From positions 1 to 64,000 of the IMG/VR virus record IMGVR_UViG_3300020045_003852: a stretch of DNA of 64,000 bases. The stretch is one strand, 5' to 3'. The number at the start of each line of letters is the position of its first letter. The first letter of the stretch is position 1. Of the stretch, positions 49,498 through 59,027 are shown piece by piece. The translations under genes were made by a program, and so were the position numbers. The notes below the pieces were generated by a model. That model ran no database searches, was not told the origin of the DNA, and worked only from the letters and a program-made list of their open reading frames with translations. This DNA comes from a virus.

Positions 49498-51071
49498 GTG
49501 GCTCCTTTGTTATTTTCTATGTATTGTTGTACGAATTCTACGACTTCGTGATATGGGGCAATTGTGGATTCTGTTTTGAAGCCAACAATATGTGATGTAT
49601 TAGCATCAAGAGGAAATGTTTCTTTCAGAACCTTTTCAAGTTGTTGAATAAACTTTCCGTCTAGTTTTTCTGTTGTGAAGGAATCAACAATGCTATATCC
49701 TTCACGATTTAAGTTCTTTGTGTGACTTCTTAACCGTTGGTCAGAGTTTCTAGTTATCCCGTATCCTGTGAAAGTGTGGTAGATACCATCAATTTTGTGA
49801 AGATACAATACAGCAGGTTTTCCGTGATTAAACCCATAGTCGGCGCAACTTGGACAAGAATGGCCTTGAAGCAACGATCCTGGATTTGTGTGAAACCTGT
49901 TATTACAAACTTTGCAGAGCAAGAGTACAGGAGTCTTACTTCCTTTGTACTCTGTCTCAGAAAAATCAAAGATATTACCGTGAACACTTATGACCTCTTC
50001 GATAAAGGACTCTGTAGTCTTATATCTACCAACACAACATCCTCCACGAACCCCTGATAAATGGGAGTGAATATCTTGCTCAAAAATACCGTGGCAGGGG
50101 CAGATGATCTTTGCTTTTGTGTTTTCTCTACTTCCCGACAAATCCACTAAAGAATAGTCGTAATACCCATTAAAAATTTCATTTGATCGTGAAATAAATT
50201 CTTCGGTAGTAATTTTAAGCGGGTGATTATTTATTTTGTGTTCGGTAAGGCATTTCGGGCAACCGACAGAGTTGTAGTGTAAGCTCGGCGTCTGCTCAAA
50301 CCAAATTCTGTGCTTATTACAAAATAGTGTGACTTTTTCGTTTGCACCCTTATATTCTACTTTAGAATAATCAAAGGCTCCTGCTCCATGTATTTCTTGC
50401 GACTTGTTTATGAAGTATTCTGTGTCCTTCAGTGTTTTTGACACAAATTCACTCTGGCACTTTTCGCAACCAACCCTTCCAGATAAATGAAGATTTGGAG
50501 TTTGGTAGAAAAACTTATTGTGTTCTTTACAACGAATTCTTACCTTTACTCCGCTACCTCTGTAGTCCACCTCAGAGTACTCAAACCTGTTCCCAAAGAC
50601 ACCAGTAGCTTTCTCTTCAAAAGATTCTTTCGTATCCCTAAACCTCTCTGAAACTTTGTCCTTCCCGCACTGCTTACACCCCTTTCCAGCCAAGTGGTTT
50701 GCCGGGGATTGTAGAAAGTCTACCTCATGCGTGAGGCAGTGTATCAACACCTTCTCATGGTATGATTTATACACCACCAAAGAGTAGTCAAAATTTCCTT
50801 CCCCTTGCACAGAGATAGCTTCAGAGATGAATTCCTCCCTCGTTTTCCGTTGTGAATTATTCCTCTTGACAACTCCACACCTTGGGCAACCTTGGCCGTT
50901 GTTTGCATGTTCAAAGGCTATTTGATAAAAGGTCTTTTGGCACGTATTGCAAAATATTTCGACCTTTCCTTTAGCAGTTTTATAGACTGTGTTTGAGTAG
51001 TCGTATTTATCTGTTCCGTGCGTTGCGATACAGCGAACAATATATTCTTCTGTTGTAATCTTTTTGGACAT
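49485..51071 (-). CDS. free-standing endonuclease: six DUF723-like Zn repeats plus GIY-YIG-like C-terminal domain
   Basis: six T.E.FI..HG..FDYS...Y....V.I.C..H..F.Q.P..H..G.GC..C repeats; VLYL...GYGIT....RL..H...LE..LK...GF.TE. Confidence 0.8.
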   Translation of the reverse strand: MSKKITTEEYIVRCIATHGTDKYDYSNTVYKTAKGKVEIFCNTCQKTFYQIAFEHANNGQGCPRCGVVKRNNSQRKTREEFISEAISVQGEGNFDYSLVVYKSYHEKVLIHCLTHEVDFLQSPANHLAGKGCKQCGKDKVSERFRDTKESFEEKATGVFGNRFEYSEVDYRGSGVKVRIRCKEHNKFFYQTPNLHLSGRVGCEKCQSEFVSKTLKDTEYFINKSQEIHGAGAFDYSKVEYKGANEKVTLFCNKHRIWFEQTPSLHYNSVGCPKCLTEHKINNHPLKITTEEFISRSNEIFNGYYDYSLVDLSGSRENTKAKIICPCHGIFEQDIHSHLSGVRGGCCVGRYKTTESFIEEVISVHGNIFDFSETEYKGSKTPVLLLCKVCNNRFHTNPGSLLQGHSCPSCADYGFNHGKPAVLYLHKIDGIYHTFTGYGITRNSDQRLRSHTKNLNREGYSIVDSFTTEKLDGKFIQQLEKVLKETFPLDANTSHIVGFKTESTIAPYHEVVEFVQQYIENNKGATWLH

Positions 51072-51074
51072 AGT

Positions 51075-51197
51075 ACCTCTGTAAAGGTGGTGGGCTAGAT
51101 GGTGTTACAGCACCATCAACGGAGCTACCGCTTTCACCCAAAGTTTGAATTCTTTAATAAGATCACTCATTATATCACAAACAAATGATCTTGTAAA
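51075..51197 (-). promoter_or_regulatory. dedicated promoter (TTTACA-17-TGaTATAAT) plus structured leader with RBS-overlapping pseudoknot
   Basis: hairpin GAUGGUG-CUGUAA-CACCAUC; loop complementary to UUACAG at 51084-51079 overlapping AGAGG. Confidence 0.65.
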
Positions 51198-51198
51198 G

Positions 51199-51219
51199 AA
51201 GGCTAGATTTCTCTAGCCT
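51199..51219 (-). terminator. terminator hairpin after capsid gene
   Basis: AGGCTAGA..TCTAGCCT followed by TCTTT. Confidence 0.6.
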
Positions 51220-51230
51220 GTGCCACTAGA

Positions 51231-52241
51231 TTACGGCGTATAGCCACGGATAACCATGGCAGGTTTTACAACACTGTTCAAGAAGTTGGCTTCTGATTCA
51301 AGAATTACCTTATCACCACGCTCACTTTGATATTCGAAAACATAAGTTCTCTCGCCTACGCTACCAAGCAAGTCAAATTTATTGGCCGGAGCGAAATAGG
51401 TTTTAAAGATTTCAGTGCCAACGGGGACAAAAACAGCATCCTTAGCGGGGATGAAAAGATTACCAGCGTAGTTGCCACGGACTTCAACAAAATGGATACC
51501 AGCATAATCAAATGTGCGGTACATAGTGCTGTTGCCACCAAGACGATTCCGAAGCGGCTCAGAGGTTGAGGCATAGTACGTATAAGCAGCCTTAACATTA
51601 GGATGCGAAATTAGGGCAGAGAAGAAGCCCGGCGAGCAATAGCCAATCACACTTTGAACATTCTCACCATTAGCGTTATCCTGGATTGATGCAATAACGG
51701 ATTCAACCTTGGCAACAACATCGGTGGTGCTAGTAGAAAAATCAAAATTGACGACGCTCTGTGTCACATTCAGTTCAGTAAAATAATTCATACTGACAGT
51801 TCCCGAAGGTGCGTATACGTTTCCGGTTGTCAGGAGATTAAAACGAGCATACTCAAGAGTCCATGCGTGGTTCTGTGCAATACGGGCCAACTTACGGGCG
51901 CGCACAGCGGCGAGAGTTTCTTCTTGATCGGCACTACCGTAAGCTCGTTTTCCTTTTACATCAGAAGGACTAATATAATCGTCATAGGGGAAATGTGGGA
52001 CAGCCCAGCTAAACAACTTGCTAGTCGAGTCCTTACCAGCGCTGGCGCGTTCGCCACGAACCTTATCAACGATCAAAGCACCGTCACGAGTAGTCTGTTC
52101 GAATTGGACAGAATACTCAGAAACACCTTCGTCCATGAAAAGACCAGATTGGTTAAGCAGGCCCCACTGGTTCGGAATCATGAGGACTTCGCCCGTGTAG
52201 TCGGCTACTTCGAAGTTACTGCCAAATTTACGAATAATCAT
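51231..52241 (-). CDS. major capsid protein (lambda gpE family)
   Basis: 336 aa; IPN.WG.....GLF, PHF...D.I...D..G.R, FAPA. Confidence 0.9.
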   Translation of the reverse strand: MIIRKFGSNFEVADYTGEVLMIPNQWGLLNQSGLFMDEGVSEYSVQFEQTTRDGALIVDKVRGERASAGKDSTSKLFSWAVPHFPYDDYISPSDVKGKRAYGSADQEETLAAVRARKLARIAQNHAWTLEYARFNLLTTGNVYAPSGTVSMNYFTELNVTQSVVNFDFSTSTTDVVAKVESVIASIQDNANGENVQSVIGYCSPGFFSALISHPNVKAAYTYYASTSEPLRNRLGGNSTMYRTFDYAGIHFVEVRGNYAGNLFIPAKDAVFVPVGTEIFKTYFAPANKFDLLGSVGERTYVFEYQSERGDKVILESEANFLNSVVKPAMVIRGYTP

Positions 52242-52271
52242 TTGTTATATTCCTTATCTTATTATTTTATA

Positions 52272-52691
52272 TTAAAGCGCAGTAACGGTAACAATACCCT
52301 TGAGTGCAAGAGCGTCGTAGACAGCTTGCTTCTCTGCATCAGTATCAGTTGCAGCAGCCATGACCAACTTACCAACAACGACCTTAGCAGGACCGCGTGC
52401 AAGCATCAATACCTTAGTATCTGTCGTAGTGGCACAAACAACGCTAGGGGTAAGTTCATCAGCGCCGATCAGAACACCAGCGGCTTCAAGGCCAGCACCT
52501 GAAGCGAGAGCAGCAGATTGAACTAGATACTTACCAGTCGCTGTGACCTTTGCAAGAACAGTGCCTTGAACAAGAGTAGCGCCTGCGGCGAGATTAACAG
52601 TAACAACCTCACGAGTGATACCACTTGAAGGCTCATATTCGTCTTGGAATACTTGCGAGAAGATTTCTGGACGAGTAGCAATAACAGTCAT
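52272..52691 (-). CDS. head decoration protein
   Basis: GTVL.KVTA.GKY...A.GVL...L.RGP...AL..KGI. Confidence 0.85.
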   Translation of the reverse strand: MTVIATRPEIFSQVFQDEYEPSSGITREVVTVNLAAGATLVQGTVLAKVTATGKYLVQSAALASGAGLEAAGVLIGADELTPSVVCATTTDTKVLMLARGPAKVVVGKLVMAAATDTDAEKQAVYDALALKGIVTVTAL

Positions 52692-52705
52692 TTGTATTTC
52701 CTTTA

Positions 52706-53224
52706 TTATTTATTGTAAGTTTGTTTGATGATACGTGCAGTTTCAGATTCTTCTTCTGCCTTAACTTCGGCTTCGCCGCTTACTCCAACTTCGTTAAACA
52801 GAGCACTCTCAGCCTCAGCCTTAAACGAAGCCTTAAAGCCATTAAGCACAACCCCAAATGCTTCAGCATTAAGTTCTTGCAGAGCAGCAAATGTCGTATC
52901 GAAGCCAGGATTATCTTGCCCAATGACATCTGCCAATTGAGCCTTCTTGTCAGCCAATTCCTTAGCCTTCAATTCTTCAGCAGCAGCAACAGCTTCAGCC
53001 TTTGCTTTATCTGCATATTCTTGAAGGCTTGCCAATTGTTCCTTGTAGCCGTCAATTTCCTTTGCCATATTGGCAAGATTAGCATTGCTTGCAGTTAGTT
53101 CGCCAAGAGCAACATTAAGTTGTTCAGCTAGATTAAGATTAGTCAAATCTTGACTCGCTTCAATAGGAGTAACAACCCCCTTGTTTTCTTGCATACCTAC
53201 AGCCTTCTTCAACGCATCAAGCAT
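52706..53224 (-). CDS. capsid scaffolding protein (putative)
   Basis: Ala/Glu coiled coil between protease and decoration genes. Confidence 0.65.
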   Translation of the reverse strand: MLDALKKAVGMQENKGVVTPIEASQDLTNLNLAEQLNVALGELTASNANLANMAKEIDGYKEQLASLQEYADKAKAEAVAAAEELKAKELADKKAQLADVIGQDNPGFDTTFAALQELNAEAFGVVLNGFKASFKAEAESALFNEVGVSGEAEVKAEEESETARIIKQTYNK

Positions 53225-53226
53225 TG

Positions 53227-54066
53227 TTACTCCTTCACTTTAGTTTTAATATAATTGGTGAATTCTTTGTGAGTCATTACTTTATTCACAAGACCGTTTT
53301 CCAATGCTTCATCAGCATTAAACAATTGAGCATCAAACGATGCAATCAATTCAGAATCAAGACCTGTGTATTTGCTCACATGAGAGATAAACTCAGTACC
53401 AAGTTTTGATACATTGTTTTGCAGTCTTGAGATAAACCCTTCGGAGAATTCCCCTTCAGGCGTAAATGGAACCTTGCCGTTTGTAGATGTGATGAACTTC
53501 AGTTCACCCTTTTGGATGGCTTCCTTGTTACGATTTTCGAGAGCCAGAACACATCCAATACTTCCTGCGTCAGCAGAAGGATTAGCAATAACTTCATCCA
53601 TAACACATGCTAAAGCAAATCCGGCCGAAGCCGCCATTTCGTCAATGTATGCTACCGATTCAACTTCTGCTTCGTCCAACATGTCTCGAATTGTATTAGC
53701 AGTCTCAAAACAATGACTTGCCATTCCACCCGGAGTGTTGAAGTCATAGATAATCAACTTCGCACCAGAATCAATCATGTCTTGTGTTTGTGCAATCAAT
53801 CCTAGATAGGATGCTCCGACTGCGCCACACATTGTCATTATCGGTTTGTATGACAGACTACCGGAGACAGGAATAACTCCAATCTCCCCAATTAGTTCTT
53901 GTTTGTTTCGCTCTTCATCTTCTTGCTCGTCTGGCTCATACACAGCGAAGTCTGCTTCTGTAACACGCTTAGTAAGATACTGAGCAATTACATTGTAGGC
54001 ATCTGCTGTGATGAGTTGTGGTTCAGACAAAATAGAAGAGGCTAGGCGACTGATTTTATGTGCCAT
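53227..54066 (-). CDS. prohead maturation protease, S49 family
   Basis: NTPGG, MAASAG..LA, GSIG, F...V, A...GLV. Confidence 0.9.
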   Translation of the reverse strand: MAHKISRLASSILSEPQLITADAYNVIAQYLTKRVTEADFAVYEPDEQEDEERNKQELIGEIGVIPVSGSLSYKPIMTMCGAVGASYLGLIAQTQDMIDSGAKLIIYDFNTPGGMASHCFETANTIRDMLDEAEVESVAYIDEMAASAGFALACVMDEVIANPSADAGSIGCVLALENRNKEAIQKGELKFITSTNGKVPFTPEGEFSEGFISRLQNNVSKLGTEFISHVSKYTGLDSELIASFDAQLFNADEALENGLVNKVMTHKEFTNYIKTKVKE

Positions 54067-54748
54067 CGGCTTCCTTTAATTGTTGCTCTTTCCAAGAAAG
54101 AAAATTTACATCCTCTGTAGGATTCCAACCATTCTTAAACAAGTTTTTTATTGTCTTCTTATTCCAAATTGAACCACTTGGAAGGTATTTTGGAACACAG
54201 CCCCTTGTTTTAAAGGATGAGTACATGGTTTCAGCGCATAGCCATATCTCTGGATTGGAGGTGCTTCTTAACCACGGCTCCTTTGGCAGAGAGTCATTGT
54301 ATTGCTTCATCCATGTTGAAGATGATCGATATTGTAGTGGGCCAATGAAATCGTGCGTCTTTCCATTTCTCTTCCACCAATCAAAGCCAGAATTAGAAAG
54401 TTTGATTTTTGTCTCATCAGAGTGCGGTTTTCTGGTATAAATCCTACCTGTATTATGACAAGTATCACCACCCATCGCCATATTCCAACCCGTCTCTGCA
54501 AGAGGCCTCAACTTGCCCTCAAGCCAAAGCCCATACTCGTTTGAGCACTTACAGAGCGTATCTACAACAATGTTTTCCTCGCCATATTTTCTTATTGCAT
54601 TGCAAATAACAATATTGTCCTTGTTTGCTCTGCACTTATAAAGATGAAAAGCGTAACGTTCTTTCGTAGTCTTGCTCGTGAATCCAACATAACCCTGAGA
54701 AAACATGTCTGTATGTTCTGGTAAATGAATCCAATAAACTTCAGCCAT
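54056..54748 (-). CDS. GIY-YIG (Seg-like) homing endonuclease with NUMOD3-like motif
   Basis: VYWI...GYVG.T....R...H, AIRKYG, GWN.A.GG, HSDETK.KLS. Confidence 0.85.
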   Translation of the reverse strand: MAEVYWIHLPEHTDMFSQGYVGFTSKTTKERYAFHLYKCRANKDNIVICNAIRKYGEENIVVDTLCKCSNEYGLWLEGKLRPLAETGWNMAMGGDTCHNTGRIYTRKPHSDETKIKLSNSGFDWWKRNGKTHDFIGPLQYRSSSTWMKQYNDSLPKEPWLRSTSNPEIWLCAETMYSSFKTRGCVPKYLPSGSIWNKKTIKNLFKNGWNPTEDVNFLSWKEQQLKEADGT

Positions 54749-54756
54749 GTTCCTCC

Positions 54757-56253
54757 TTATTTGTTTTCAGTATTACTCGTCGAGGCATTTCCTGAACTCC
54801 CGGTTGCATCGCCAGTTCCGCTTGGCATTCCGGATTGCATCCCTTCGGAAGCTCTAGATGTAGCATCCTTCATATACTCTTCATGAGGTTCATCAGACTC
54901 GGGGAAAGGATCAGCACCCATTGCTGTACGAACAATATTAAGTACGTCACGATTCGACTCAATCATACCTACAGCACCAACTCGTTGAACATACTTCCCA
55001 AGTTCATCAAGTGAAATGGCATCCAAAGGCTCATAAACAAATTCAGGCAACACAGAAGTGTCCCACTGATTCATTTCAAATGTCTGCTTGATTAAGTCAT
55101 TATCAAGCACATTCTTAATTTCCCTTAGCCTATAATCCAGTGCATAAGTAACAATGTTTTCCTTGCTTCCTGCTAGAGCGAAAGAACCCGTAGAGTTATT
55201 ACCAAGCTGTAGCAAATCAGCAAATAGACACACAAGAATATTACTAGTGTAACGCTGAATAATGTCAGAAGTGTTATAACTTTTACCACCATCGGATGTG
55301 AGGAGTTTAACGCTGAACAATTCTTTCTTACTTGTCTCATCACAATCTGAAGGAATGATAATGCCTGATTGCTCACCAACAGCAACATTGCGTACAGCCT
55401 TCTTATAATCTTCATATACAGCCTTGTGAGCAGGACTTGCGTCGGGAGACATGTATGCAGCAGGAATGCCAATTGTGAGCAAACCTCCTAGATCACGACC
55501 AATACCCAACATTTCTTGCGTCTCAATTTCCTTCTTATATCGCCATGCAACCCATGCACTCTTCAGTGCAGGCGTACCCTCAATGTTTCCATTCTCAGGA
55601 CTTGTGCGGAATAGAAGAAACTTCTCACGAGGAATATTAATTACTGATCCATCTTTAGCAAGATTGTTATACTGTCCACTCTGATTAAGAGCATTCAAGT
55701 CTTGTACAAAGTGTGTTAGATAACGTCCATCGTCTGTAAATTTCCACTTGTACCAAGAGGATTGTGCACGTACAGGAAGGGACTTCCAACCAACTAGGTT
55801 ATCATTATACTTAGATGTTTTCTTTGTGCGACGTTTATATACTTTCTCATTGACACACCAGCCATAGTCAATAACAGACATTAGGCTAGAGATGAAATCA
55901 AACCATGAATGTTCCATGTCATTCATGCATGTACGAATAAATGCTGTACGTTCAATGAGTGTATCATCGGCTCCGACAGGAGCCTTAACATTCCATTTAA
56001 CTCGTCCAAGCATTGTCTTGTAGAAGGATAATGCTGCCGCTACGGCGGAGTCTTTCTTCATCTCGTTAATTTCTCTTACGAGATAAGGCATCCTGAGTTT
56101 ACGATTTGATTCTTCAACAATGCTACCTAGCGCTACGCGCAATCCCGGATAACCTTGTTCCCCTAAAGCGATACGGGGAGAGGCAGGGGCTTCTGCGTCT
56201 TGCGTTAGCAGAGACGTATTTAGCGTAGCATCTTGTTTAGTTGTCTTTGCCAA
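54757..56253 (-). CDS. portal protein
   Basis: 498 aa; M..D..V, YGW...EKVY, IP.EKFLLF....NG...G; promoter TTGACT-17-TGgTATAAT at 56305-56333. Confidence 0.9.
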   Translation of the reverse strand: MAKTTKQDATLNTSLLTQDAEAPASPRIALGEQGYPGLRVALGSIVEESNRKLRMPYLVREINEMKKDSAVAAALSFYKTMLGRVKWNVKAPVGADDTLIERTAFIRTCMNDMEHSWFDFISSLMSVIDYGWCVNEKVYKRRTKKTSKYNDNLVGWKSLPVRAQSSWYKWKFTDDGRYLTHFVQDLNALNQSGQYNNLAKDGSVINIPREKFLLFRTSPENGNIEGTPALKSAWVAWRYKKEIETQEMLGIGRDLGGLLTIGIPAAYMSPDASPAHKAVYEDYKKAVRNVAVGEQSGIIIPSDCDETSKKELFSVKLLTSDGGKSYNTSDIIQRYTSNILVCLFADLLQLGNNSTGSFALAGSKENIVTYALDYRLREIKNVLDNDLIKQTFEMNQWDTSVLPEFVYEPLDAISLDELGKYVQRVGAVGMIESNRDVLNIVRTAMGADPFPESDEPHEEYMKDATSRASEGMQSGMPSGTGDATGSSGNASTSNTENK

Positions 56254-56380
56254 GAAGCCTCCTATTTATTATTAAGTGTTTGCATTTCAATTCTTATACA
56301 TAATATTATACCACATAAAACAGTTATAGTCAATAGGTAAGTGAAAATATAATTGAATTCTACTGTAATATGTGGTATTG

Positions 56381-57697
56381 TTAGTTTAGGAAGGGGGATT
56401 CTTTTGTCATTGTGGGTAAAATAAACATCGGGAGTACAGATGTTTTAGCTAGTGTTGTAAATGCATCTGCTACGGCATCGACACAATCATCGTGACCTTT
56501 TCTCCCACCGTCAAAGGACTCTAGCTCCTGGAAAAAAAATTCATTCCAGTCACCTCTAACTACTTTAACATTACCTGCTTCGGACATACTAGAGAATGGA
56601 AGGAATCTTGAAATCTTCCCCTTGTGTCCAGACACTTGCACAAGCCTTGCTGGAATACCGTTCTCAGACAATACGCGGATAACATGCTGTGACCATGAAC
56701 GTCCTGCACCAATTTCACCAGGAATCATTACCTGCACTTCATCAACACCATCATCTCTTGCTGTCTTAACAATTTCGTCAAGAACATCACCAGATAACTT
56801 CCTGAAGCGATAAACATCCTCGACGGTATAGATACCAAACTTCGAGCGTGAAACTTTCACCCCTGCCGTATAGTCCGGGTCTTTATTACTTTCACTCGGA
56901 AGTGTTGCTGCCAAGTCCCATGCCCTTACGCGCCGCACAGCGTCATCAGGAGGAAAGTCTACCATCTCAACCCATTCACGCTGCCAATACTTGCTTGCTG
57001 TTTCTCTAGCAAACCAACTCCCCATCAACAAACGGTCACGTTCCGCACGTTTGAGATTCTCAAGACGGCGAACATATTCAGGGTCACGATTCATCAATAT
57101 AGGGTTGCTGTAAATATTAGCAGCAATGAACGTGTAAGTCATTGGTGTTGTATTTGGATACTTTTCAAGCATCTCTTCCGCAGAGTCAGCAAAGACCAAA
57201 TCCCCACGATACTGTGAGAAATATCTTGTAGTCCCTGATTTTTCTGGAATAGGAATCCCTGTTTCCTGATCCAAATACCAATTTGTGAATTTCAAAAGGA
57301 AGGAGTCGGGGTGCGGATTGCATGTGGCGACTAATTTGTGTGGGCCTTTGGCCTTAGAACGAATACGAGAGAGCAAATACATAACCTGTTCTTGAGAATG
57401 CCATTGGCACTCATCGAATACCACTAGGCTGTATTGTCCACCGTCAAAGTTAGTAATTTCTCTATCGGCACCAAGAGTTTTACACTGTACGAATGCACCA
57501 TTTGGAAATGTGGCAGACATCCTATCTTGACGGAATGCTGGGCCAAATGGCTTATACATGGATTGCATCTCCATCCACAATCCTCCGGCCTGAGATAACT
57601 GCACGCTTGACTGCCTGATGTAGACAGCGCGAAACTCAGGGTCGTCTTTGAATGCCAAGGAGTACATTAGTGCTAGGTGGGATTTCCCACTACCTGC
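56381..57697 (-). CDS. terL: terminase large subunit, exon 2
   Basis: AGSGKS, VVFDE Walker B, ATCNP, RAWDLA, HDD.VD. Confidence 0.92.
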   Translation of the reverse strand, partial: AGSGKSHLALMYSLAFKDDPEFRAVYIRQSSVQLSQAGGLWMEMQSMYKPFGPAFRQDRMSATFPNGAFVQCKTLGADREITNFDGGQYSLVVFDECQWHSQEQVMYLLSRIRSKAKGPHKLVATCNPHPDSFLLKFTNWYLDQETGIPIPEKSGTTRYFSQYRGDLVFADSAEEMLEKYPNTTPMTYTFIAANIYSNPILMNRDPEYVRRLENLKRAERDRLLMGSWFARETASKYWQREWVEMVDFPPDDAVRRVRAWDLAATLPSESNKDPDYTAGVKVSRSKFGIYTVEDVYRFRKLSGDVLDEIVKTARDDGVDEVQVMIPGEIGAGRSWSQHVIRVLSENGIPARLVQVSGHKGKISRFLPFSSMSEAGNVKVVRGDWNEFFFQELESFDGGRKGHDDCVDAVADAFTTLAKTSVLPMFILPTMTKESPFLN

Positions 57698-57918
57698 TAT
57701 TTGTGTTCAAGATAGTTCGTTAACCTATCCCCGCAATAAAGCTGCTGCATGTCGCCATGCAGATCAGATCATATCTTCTATGTTTCCCGTTTCGAGCCAC
57801 TTGGCTCTACGTCTTTCGACTGATCGTTACACGTTCCCGTTAGGGCTTCGTTCGGTATTGTCTGCTAGAGAGTTTCACCGAGTTAGAGAAATGTTTTTAA
57901 CGTGGAGGCGCAGAGTTC
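57698..57918 (-). mobile_element. group I intron (221 nt, no ORF, IA-like with P7.1/P7.2) in the terL Walker A motif
   Basis: P1 GUGGUGGU/GCCUCCAC with U-G at the splice site; CUCGGUGAA, AAUACCGA, P7 GAUCA/UGAUC, AAGAUAU; restores YGGG|AGSGKS. Confidence 0.9.
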
Positions 57919-58014
57919 ACCACCACCGTAAATTACAAATTGTGCTTCGTGCGTCAGGAATTGCCTCTGTGTTTCAGAGGCAGGGCCATATACTGGCAAT
58001 TTCTTTTTAGCCAT
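57919..58014 (-). CDS. terL: terminase large subunit, exon 1 (32 aa; spliced product about 470 aa)
   Basis: MAKKKLPVYGPASETQRQFLTHEAQFVIYGGG (Q motif plus start of Walker A); AAGG RBS. Confidence 0.88.
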
Positions 58015-58744
58015 TGGAGCCTTTCCTTACCCCGTGCGTAGGAGCAAAAGTATAGCCTGTCGCTGAGGCGATCTTCAGGATGTTTTCTCTCCAAGCAATT
58101 CCATTAGCAAGCGCAACATCATACCCAAGTTTATCAATGTTAAAGTATTTGCTTACTTGCTTACCCTTTGATTTGTTTGCAACAGCAACGATATAGTTGT
58201 ATGTTTTACCGTGCTTTGAGACTGTTGAATATTGTGTCACACCATTATGTCCTGTATTGTTAAGACAAGACAGACCCCGGTTCCTTGTTTGCTGATCTAC
58301 AGTTTCCCACCTGATGTTACCTGGAACGTAGCCTAGGGTGTTATCAATTCTTCCAACCGTATATTTTATATCATCAGGCGGCTTCTCTCCTACGTATGCA
58401 GCAAAGGCCAACAAGTCATGCCTCCACTCATCAGCAATTGTAACGCCAATAGCGCCATATCGTTTGTAGTCTTTACAGTTTGGATTAGTACAACGCTGAA
58501 TTATCCCACTCCAAGAGTTATAGACTTCTGTGCCAAGAAGCCCATGTGTAGAGATGGCGTCCTTATGCAAACATCCACACGACCGAGTAGTACCATACCT
58601 TAAACTACTCCCTGCAATAACCTTCTCTTTACCACAATCACACTTGCACAACCAATGATAGTGGTTTTTAATTTTATCTGATCGGGCAATGACAAGAAGC
58701 CTACCAAAGCGTTGCCCAACAAGTTCTAGTTTGCTTCCCATCAA
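58007..58744 (-). CDS. HNH homing endonuclease with AP2-like C-terminus
   Basis: W.C.CDCG, SCGC, RC.NP....Y..YG, RIDN..GY.PGN.RW. Confidence 0.88.
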   Translation of the reverse strand: MMGSKLELVGQRFGRLLVIARSDKIKNHYHWLCKCDCGKEKVIAGSSLRYGTTRSCGCLHKDAISTHGLLGTEVYNSWSGIIQRCTNPNCKDYKRYGAIGVTIADEWRHDLLAFAAYVGEKPPDDIKYTVGRIDNTLGYVPGNIRWETVDQQTRNRGLSCLNNTGHNGVTQYSTVSKHGKTYNYIVAVANKSKGKQVSKYFNIDKLGYDVALANGIAWRENILKIASATGYTFAPTHGVRKGSNG

Positions 58745-58757
58745 CCCTCCCTAATCA

Positions 58758-58976
58758 TTAATCAGCCCTAATAAGTAACGCCCTATTACAAGCATTTACC
58801 TGAGTAATGGGAAATTTCGTAGCCTCTCCCATAGCCTTAATAATATCAGCAATTTCCTTATGACAATTGCTACGCAATTCCACTTCTTCTAGCACTCTTT
58901 CCACCTGCTGAAATTCATCCACCTCAACATAGCAAAGTGTAAACTTACCTTTAATTGACACAATACGAATATTCAT
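58758..58976 (-). CDS. hypothetical protein
   Basis: 72 aa, AGGA RBS. Confidence 0.6.
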   Translation of the reverse strand: MNIRIVSIKGKFTLCYVEVDEFQQVERVLEEVELRSNCHKEIADIIKAMGEATKFPITQVNACNRALLIRAD

Positions 58977-58989
58977 TATATGTTCCTAC

Positions 58990-59027
58990 AAAATAAAAGG
59001 ACTCCTACCGTTAGGTAGAAGCCCTTA
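58990..59027 (-). terminator. terminator closing the ncRNA-tRNA transcript
   Basis: AAGGGCTTCTACC-TAAC-GGTAGGAGTCC followed by TTTTATTTT. Confidence 0.75.

Noticed and set aside
56381-57667. terL lacking Walker A
   Set aside because: Walker A is split across the intron, and exon 1 lies at 57919-58014.
57648-58010. + strand ORF over the terL intron, and other long antisense ORFs (42515-43216, 44918-45511, 51867-52502)
   Set aside because: They are shadows of well-supported - strand genes or RNA, with no RBS or recognisable motifs.
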